Shown piece by piece: positions 60,239-64,000 of a stretch of 64,000 nucleotides of DNA (position 1 is its first letter; each line of letters starts with the position of its first letter). Source of the stretch: an uncultured Actinomycetes bacterium (lineage in GTDB: Bacteria; Actinomycetota; Thermoleophilia; Solirubrobacterales; 70-9); the NCBI GenBank assembly GCA_963701165.1, contig OY969571.1:1102599-1166598 (forward strand), in the 5' to 3' direction. The notes under the pieces are model-generated. The model searched no databases, had not been told where the DNA came from, and saw only the letters and a program-made list of their open reading frames with translations. A program made the position numbers and the translations under genes.

Positions 60239-62659
60239 TCAGGCCGGCACGAGGTCCAGCTCCGACCATGGTCCCTCGCCGCGCATCGGCTGGGTGCGGC
60301 CATCGAGCCAGTCGACCTGGAGGTCGTCGTAGTGGGGGCTGGCGTGGTGACCGGACTGGCCGGTGAACATCTGCCAGCGGGAACGGTCCGGGTCGGTGGG
60401 GTCGGCGAGCATCCGCCAGCTTGGCGCCCAGACCGCGTTGTAAGGATCGTTCGGGTCGTAGGCGATCTGGCTGACCGTCTCCTGGGCGCCGCCGGCACGC
60501 AGGCGGCGGTTGAGCAGGCGGTCGAAGAGCGGGTTGGCGTCGCCCAGCGGGTGCGGGAACTTCAGCTCGTGGACCTTGCCCCAGCGCCAAGCCTCCGGCT
60601 CGGGACCGAAGCGGTCCGTGAGGTCGTCGAGCGCCCCGGCCAGGGTTTCCAGCACGAGCCCGTCCCAGGGCCGGCCGATCAGCTCCTCGTCGCCTTCGGC
60701 CCAGAGCGCCATCAGGTGCGAGTGCCAGCGCCAGGGAGAGGTCACGTGGGGCAGAAAGCCGTTGTCGGCGCGGTCGAGCCAGCGCTCGCAGAGGTCGCGG
60801 TCGCCGATCGCGGCCCGCGCCACCTCGCGCGCCAGCCGCAGCAGGAACGCCTGGTAGATCGTGCCGGCGATCGTGTCCGGGCCCAGGTTGCCGTCCCAGC
60901 TGCGCAGCCGCTCCAGCGCGCTGCGCTCGCGCTGGCCGCTGGGATGCAGGCGACTGAGCCGCGCCACCGCCTCGGCCCCGGGCAGCGAGTAGTTGTCGTT
61001 CTGGATCGCCTCGAAGCTCTCGAGGTCGTGCTTCTCGGTCGCCTTCAGCATTTCCTCGATCCGCTTGGCGCGGAAACCGTCGAGCCAGTCGCTGGTGATG
61101 TGGTGCGGGTAATCGTCGCCGACGATCCGGTTGTTGGCGGTGATCAGGTACCCGCACTCGGGGTCGATGACCTCGGGGAGCTCGCCGTAGGGCACCGTCC
61201 CCTCCCACTCGAACTCACCGCTCCAGCCCGGCTTCGGCAGGTCGGGACAGCCACCGCGGCGGCGGGGCAGACGGCCGATCAACTTGTAGCCGATCGAGCC
61301 GTGGGAGTCGGCCCAGACCATGTTCGAGGCGGGCGAGGTATGGCCCTCGAGCTTCTCCACCAACTCGGGCCCGGAGGTGATGTCGAGCAGCTCGAAGATG
61401 GCTTCGAAGGCGGTTGATTCATGCAGCGTCTGGAAGGCCAGCGCCAGCGGCTCGCCCTGGTCGGCGCCGAGTGCCTCGTTGACGATCGGACCGTGGTGGG
61501 TCGAGCGCACCTCCAGCGCCACCGGCTCGGAGCGGCCTTTGACGACGATCTCCTCGCGCTCGATCTCCAGTGGCCGCCACTCGTCTTCGAACAGGTATTG
61601 GTCGCCCTCGATCCGCTCGACGAAGAGGTCCTGGACGTCGGCCATGACGTTGGTGATCGTCCAGCAGACGTCGTTGTTCTGCCCCATGTAGATGCCCGGC
61701 ATCCCCGGCAGCGAGGCGCCGCGGACGAAGCGCTCGCCGTGACGCAGCTCGACCTCGTACCAGATTCCCGGCATGCTCGGGGAGAGGTGCGGGTCGCCGG
61801 CGATCAGCGGCGTGCCGGCCTTCGAGCGCTCGGCGCTGACGGCCCAGTTGTTGGACCCCGACGCCTCGGCGGCCAGCCCGAGCGAGCCGCGCACGCGGTC
61901 GATCTGCTCGACCAGCGGCATCCCTTCCCCGGTCCAGGCTTCCAGCGATTCGGCGACGACCGGGTTGTCGGCGGGATAGACGGGGTCGAGCCGAGCCGCC
62001 AGCTCGGGACCGAGCTCACGCACCATGTCGGCGCGCAGCAGCTCCCGCTCCCAGTTGGTCGAGAGGCCGAAGGCAAGCAGCTTGCCGAGGCTGAGGATGT
62101 CGACCGGGCGCCACGGCGTCCATTCCTGGCGCAGGATCTGCATCTCGAAGGGCAGTGCCCGCGCGTCGCGGGCGGCGGCGTTGACGCCGGCGCAGAAGCG
62201 CTCGAGGTTGGCGCGCAGGCTCGGCTCGAGCGTCGCCACCTCCGCTTCGGAGATCCGCCGGATCCCCAGCGTCCGCATCAGCTTGTCGACCGGCAAGCCC
62301 TCCTCACCGGCCATCTCCGCGATCCGGCCCTCGACGACCCGCCGGTAGAAGTTCAGCTGCCAGAGCCGGTCCTGGCCGTGGCAGTAGCCCTGGGCGAAGA
62401 AGAGGTCCTCGCGGTCGTCGGCCTCGATGTGGGGAACGCCCCAGCGATCACGCCGCACCTGAACCCTGGCGCGCAGCTCGGGAACCTCGATCGTCCCCTT
62501 GACCTGCGGCAGCGGCCGGCGCGCGAGGCGGTGCCAGAGGACGGCGGCGGCAGACGCGACCAGACCGGTGCTCACCGCACCCGCCAGAACTCCAACCCGC
62601 GCCGCCCGCTTCATTCGGCCAGGGTACTGGCTGGTCAGCCAGTTTGCCATTTCGGTCAA
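60239..62659 (-). CDS. Penicillin acylase family Ntn-hydrolase (peptidase S45; penicillin/AHL acylase-like)
   Basis: 806 aa with an N-terminal TM/signal segment. RDRWGVPHI and QGYCHGQDRLWQ are present. The autoprocessing site GSNNWAVS is followed by PLIAGDPHL. Confidence 0.85.
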   Translation of the reverse strand: MTEMANWLTSQYPGRMKRAARVGVLAGAVSTGLVASAAAVLWHRLARRPLPQVKGTIEVPELRARVQVRRDRWGVPHIEADDREDLFFAQGYCHGQDRLWQLNFYRRVVEGRIAEMAGEEGLPVDKLMRTLGIRRISEAEVATLEPSLRANLERFCAGVNAAARDARALPFEMQILRQEWTPWRPVDILSLGKLLAFGLSTNWERELLRADMVRELGPELAARLDPVYPADNPVVAESLEAWTGEGMPLVEQIDRVRGSLGLAAEASGSNNWAVSAERSKAGTPLIAGDPHLSPSMPGIWYEVELRHGERFVRGASLPGMPGIYMGQNNDVCWTITNVMADVQDLFVERIEGDQYLFEDEWRPLEIEREEIVVKGRSEPVALEVRSTHHGPIVNEALGADQGEPLALAFQTLHESTAFEAIFELLDITSGPELVEKLEGHTSPASNMVWADSHGSIGYKLIGRLPRRRGGCPDLPKPGWSGEFEWEGTVPYGELPEVIDPECGYLITANNRIVGDDYPHHITSDWLDGFRAKRIEEMLKATEKHDLESFEAIQNDNYSLPGAEAVARLSRLHPSGQRERSALERLRSWDGNLGPDTIAGTIYQAFLLRLAREVARAAIGDRDLCERWLDRADNGFLPHVTSPWRWHSHLMALWAEGDEELIGRPWDGLVLETLAGALDDLTDRFGPEPEAWRWGKVHELKFPHPLGDANPLFDRLLNRRLRAGGAQETVSQIAYDPNDPYNAVWAPSWRMLADPTDPDRSRWQMFTGQSGHHASPHYDDLQVDWLDGRTQPMRGEGPWSELDLVPA

Positions 62660-62671
62660 GTGACCGAAATT

Positions 62672-63364
62672 TCAGGCAGATAGGTCTTCCGGCAGCCGGC
62701 CCTCGCCCTCGAGCTTTTCGAGGTGGGCCTCCATCGCCATCGCCGCCATCGGCAGCAGCTCGATCGGGATGTCGTCCCAGACCGTGGCGAGGAGCTCGGC
62801 GCGGGAGCGCTCCCCGGCCTCCAGCGCAGCGAGGAGCCGGCGCTCGCGCATCTGCCGGTGCTCGACGTACTCCGCCAGCTTCGCGGCGGGCTCGGTGACC
62901 CAGGGTCCGTGGCCGGGGGCGATCAGCTCGATCTCCTGCGCCTGCAGCAGCGCCAGCGAGTCCATGAAGGCGGCGAGCGATTCACCGCCTGGCGGGACGA
63001 TCGTCGAACCGAGGCCGAGGACCAGGTCGCCGCTGAAGCAGACGCCGGTTTCGGTGAGGAAGCAGACGTGGTCCTCAGCGTGGCCAGGAGTGGCGAGGAC
63101 GCTGAGCGCGAAGTGCTCCTCGCCGCCGGCGGGCAGGACGACCTCGGCGTCGAGCTGATCCGCCCCGGCGGTGTGGTCGCCGTGGGAATGAGTGAGGAGG
63201 ACGAGGCCGATGCCTCCCCGCTCGGCAGCGGCGGCGCGGATCGCTTCGAGGTGACCAGGGTCATCCGATCCCGGGTCGATCACCACACAGGGATCGGCGC
63301 CGAAGAGGTAGGTGTTGGTTCCTTCCAGCGTCATCGGCCCTGGATTGGGGGCGACGATCTTCAA
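62672..63364 (-). CDS. MBL-fold metallo-hydrolase
   Basis: NPGPMTLEGTNTYLF and LLTHSHGDHTAG (HxHxDH). A TTG at 63364 is the preferred start because the track ORF upstream overlaps the WYL gene. Confidence 0.8.
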   Translation of the reverse strand: MKIVAPNPGPMTLEGTNTYLFGADPCVVIDPGSDDPGHLEAIRAAAAERGGIGLVLLTHSHGDHTAGADQLDAEVVLPAGGEEHFALSVLATPGHAEDHVCFLTETGVCFSGDLVLGLGSTIVPPGGESLAAFMDSLALLQAQEIELIAPGHGPWVTEPAAKLAEYVEHRQMRERRLLAALEAGERSRAELLATVWDDIPIELLPMAAMAMEAHLEKLEGEGRLPEDLSA

Positions 63365-63407
63365 GACCTCGGGATGACCGGGCGCCTCGTTCAGTTGAAG
63401 CTTGCCT

Positions 63408-64000
63408 TTATTTGTCGGTGACTTCTTTGGCGATCGCCTCGCGCGCGTCGGGCGGCTCGAGCACGACCAGGTCGCCGGCGCCGCGGAGGATCTCCCGCAC
63501 CAGCCATGGCTTGCCCGCGTAGGGCAGCTCGACGACGACGGCACCGTCGGCCAGCTCCTCGACCACGGTCCGCTCCTCGCGCAGCCAGCGCGCCCGCTCC
63601 GGCGAAACCCAGACCCGGGCGACCTCGGCGGTCGGCACCTCGCCGTGGGTCATCCAGCCCTCGACCCCGGCGAACTCCTCGACTTCGGGCCGCGGCTCGA
63701 ACTTCTCGTCGGAGAGGTTCGCCTCCTTGACCCGGTCGAGCTTGAAGTGGCGAACGCCCTCTTTGGTCAGGTCGTATACCTCGACGTACCAGCCCTCTTT
63801 GCCGTTCTCCAGCCGGTAGGGCTCGACCCGCCGCTCGGTGAACTGGTCCTCGTTCTCCTTGTAGTAGCTGAGCTCGAGCACGCGGCTCTCGGCGATCGCC
63901 TTGTTGACGAGGCGGGCGACCTCAGCATCGCCCCCGCCGGCCGAGGCGATCTCCAGGCCCTCCTCGGAGGGGTCGTGACCGAGCGCCTTGACGATTTTGG
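63408..64000 (-). CDS. WYL-domain transcriptional regulator (PafB/PafC-like), C-terminal part only (gene runs off the right edge)
   Basis: Own translation continues the track ORF upstream with no start: ...KIVKALGHDPSEEGLEIASAGGGDAEVARLVNKAIAESRVLELSYYKENEDQFTERRVEPYRLENGKEGWYVEVYDLTKEGVRHFKLDRV. This is the WYL pattern. A C-terminal WCX-like domain follows. Confidence 0.75.
   Translation of the reverse strand, partial: KIVKALGHDPSEEGLEIASAGGGDAEVARLVNKAIAESRVLELSYYKENEDQFTERRVEPYRLENGKEGWYVEVYDLTKEGVRHFKLDRVKEANLSDEKFEPRPEVEEFAGVEGWMTHGEVPTAEVARVWVSPERARWLREERTVVEELADGAVVVELPYAGKPWLVREILRGAGDLVVLEPPDAREAIAKEVTDK

Noticed and set aside
1-64000. Mobile-element genes (transposase, integrase, recombinase) or att-like repeats flanking the lower-GC islets
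   Set aside because: None were recognisable in any frame. The islets (545..1700, 13290..14600, 17076..17760, 18960..19870, 43890..44290) therefore cannot be called mobile elements. The GC differences were judged by eye, not computed.

Overview
The window is high-GC (about 70% by eye, not computed). Its gene content looks actinobacterial: an F420/PPOX-class oxidoreductase, a PafC-like WYL regulator, Lhr, GT87-type glycosyltransferases and a DUF1707 protein. All calls rest on motifs read from the ORF translations; no database search was run.

Layout:
- Left edge: a partial Crp/Fnr regulator that is missing from the ORF track, an orphan archaeal-type AAA ATPase, and the 1513-aa helicase Lhr.
- About 6.3 to 57.2 kb: one very large cell-envelope glycan supercluster. 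It holds rmlA and rmlDBC (dTDP-rhamnose), a WbaP-like priming phosphoglycosyltransferase, at least 8 cytoplasmic GT2/GT4 enzymes, two SAM methyltransferases and three SDR epimerases. It also holds a Wzm/Wzt ABC exporter whose Wzt carries a C-terminal carbohydrate-binding-type domain, an O-antigen-ligase-like protein with TPR repeats, two polyprenyl-phosphate sugar synthases, about 8 further large polytopic (GT-C-like) membrane proteins including three tandem GT87 paralogs, three secreted clan GH-A-like hydrolase paralogs, a secreted matrixin with 48-aa repeats, a PQQ sugar dehydrogenase and an Sfp-type PPTase.
- Right end: PPOX, DJ-1/PfpI, VapBC, a penicillin-acylase-family Ntn hydrolase, an MBL hydrolase and a partial WYL regulator.

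Most interesting candidates:
1. Three tandem, translationally coupled paralogs of an uncharacterised QueC-like PP-loop ATPase family (SGGVDS plus a C-x10-C-x2-C-x2-C cluster) at 49312..54476. The first is fused to a polysaccharide pyruvyl-transferase domain, which suggests an undescribed ATP-dependent modification of a glycan carboxylate.
2. A lower-GC islet appended to the rml operon that encodes a SIR2-like (DUF4917-type) protein and a DUF2188 protein, next to a decayed GT2 gene fragment.
3. An MNT/HepT toxin-antitoxin cassette sitting directly against a GT2 gene that is left with only a CTG start.

Data-quality caveat: four conserved genes are each interrupted by one missing base in a short G/C run, which I read as more likely assembly error than real pseudogenes.

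I saw no rRNA, tRNA, CRISPR array, transposase or integrase.
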